The notes beneath the pieces are model-generated. The model had not been told where the DNA came from and made no database searches. It saw nothing but the letters and a program-made list of their open reading frames with translations. A program made the position numbers and the translations under genes. Shown one piece after another: positions 44,256 through 45,417 of a stretch of 45,417 nucleotides of DNA (position 1 is its first letter; every line of letters starts with the position of its first letter). The DNA is from a virus (Duplodnaviria; Heunggongvirae; Uroviricota; Caudoviricetes): the IMG/VR virus record IMGVR_UViG_2675903468_000006; one strand, written 5' to 3'.

Positions 44256-45417
44256 TCTCCTGCAAATGCTTCTGCCAGATATCCAGCCATTCATGCTGAT
44301 CGTCCATATAGTCATGAAGGTTGTATCTGGCCATAACCCCGCCCATCTGATGTCCGAGCAACTTTTCTATAACGTGTGGTGGAGCGCCAAGCTCGGACAG
44401 GCGCGTGGCCACCGTTCTCCGCAAATCATGTAATGACCACTCCTTCATTCCGTTCTTACGCACTACCTGCATTGAGTACGTCGAGACAAGCGTCTGCCCA
44501 GGTGGGACATCTTCTTTATCCCGGAACTGTGCTGGAGTCAGAACGTGCTTAGTGATTGATCCGCGTTGATGCTCTTGCAGAAGCCTGACCGCAGTATCCG
44601 GCAACGCACGACGAATAGTTTTACCGGTCTTATAATCCTCTGCCGGCACAGTCCAGGACCTTTCTTTGAAATCGAACCACTCCCATCTCGACTTTCTTAT
44701 TTCTGCGGCGCGGCATCCGGTTAGAATCATGAACCTGATTACCAGTTGTTGAGAGGGAGGCAGAGAGAAAAGAGTATCCCACACCTGCTTTATCTCACTA
44801 TCTGAAAGCCGCCTCTCCTTCATCTTCGCTGCTATACCGACATCCGATTTTCGTAACGACTCCAGTGGATTGGTTTTGATTACTCCCCTGTTGTGGCAGA
44901 ACCGGAAAGCACGCTTGGTCAGAGACAGCATCTCACCTGATATGACACTCCTCCCCATTGCATCGAAAACCTCAAGCCAGTTCGCCTTCACTGTCTGGTC
45001 CACAATAGCCTTCCCTAGCCGCGGGCTAATGTGCTTTTTGAAGCTTTTACCGTTCGCATCAATTTTAATGAGCCCCTCCGGGATACAGTAATGCTTCACC
45101 CAGTACTCATAGGCCTCATCGACTGTCAGCGCTTCTATTCTTTCAGCCTTCTCCACCAGCACTTTCTGCCGGGGATCATACCCCTCGCTCAACCACGCTC
45201 TGAACTGCTGTCTTCTGTCTCTCGCCTGAGAGAGTGAAATAGTTGGATAGTCACCAATGCTTAACTGCACAGGCTTGCCCTGCCAGCGATACCGATAGAA
45301 GAATGTGATAGAACCGGTTATGCTTAGACGCACATTCAGTCCGTTTGAATCAGAGAGAACCTCAACCTTCTCCCTGCGCTTTCCGAGCGACTTTCGTAAC
45401 TTAGTATCTGTGAGCAC
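44236..45417 (-). CDS. int: Tyrosine integrase (P4-like), start at or just beyond the window edge
   Basis: C-terminal HDLRRT ... LGH ... Y catalytic signature; N-terminus LTDTKLRK typical of P4-type integrases. Confidence 0.85.
   Translation of the reverse strand: MLTDTKLRKSLGKRREKVEVLSDSNGLNVRLSITGSITFFYRYRWQGKPVQLSIGDYPTISLSQARDRRQQFRAWLSEGYDPRQKVLVEKAERIEALTVDEAYEYWVKHYCIPEGLIKIDANGKSFKKHISPRLGKAIVDQTVKANWLEVFDAMGRSVISGEMLSLTKRAFRFCHNRGVIKTNPLESLRKSDVGIAAKMKERRLSDSEIKQVWDTLFSLPPSQQLVIRFMILTGCRAAEIRKSRWEWFDFKERSWTVPAEDYKTGKTIRRALPDTAVRLLQEHQRGSITKHVLTPAQFRDKEDVPPGQTLVSTYSMQVVRKNGMKEWSLHDLRRTVATRLSELGAPPHVIEKLLGHQMGGVMARYNLHDYMDDQHEWLDIWQKHLQEIIGYPL

Larger units (their letters stand above)
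1279..45417. mobile_element. Lambdoid prophage: integrase/excisionase, immunity, replication, nin, Q, lysis, terminase, head and tail modules in canonical order. Left boundary uncertain, right att site outside window.
   Basis: Gene content and order from the ORF track; module boundaries marked by intrinsic terminators. Confidence 0.75.

Overview
The window is almost entirely one lambdoid (siphovirus-type) prophage of an enterobacterial host, read right to left. A P4-family tyrosine integrase and AlpA-like excisionase sit at the right edge. A plus-strand early-left operon follows (RecT, YqaJ-type exonuclease, TraR/DksA zinc finger, ASCH-like protein, and an inserted IS200/IS605-family TnpB). 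The immunity region has a CI-like S24 repressor, a divergent Cro-like gene and three operator repeats on each side. The minus strand then carries replication (O-like initiator with iterons, DnaB helicase), nin-type genes (NinB, NinG, lambda-type phosphatase, Lar-like), antiterminator Q, a phage tRNA-Thr(UGU), a pinholin/SAR-endolysin/Rz/Rz1 lysis cassette, terminase, head and tail genes, and a tailspike with a C-terminal SGNH esterase. An AT-rich acyltransferase-3 gene lies beyond the tailspike, and the left edge carries yedK (SRAP) convergent with a UmuD-like peptidase. The most interesting content is a set of AT-rich morons with their own signals: a NYN/LabA-like RNase gene between the tail chaperone and tape measure, an R-x4-H (HEPN-like) gene between Rz and terminase, a 222-aa gene just downstream of OL, and a Cys-rich small gene in the nin region. 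All calls are from reading the sequence and ORF track; no database search was run. Coordinates of hand-located features (hairpins, operators, tRNA, small ORFs) may be off by 1-2 nt.
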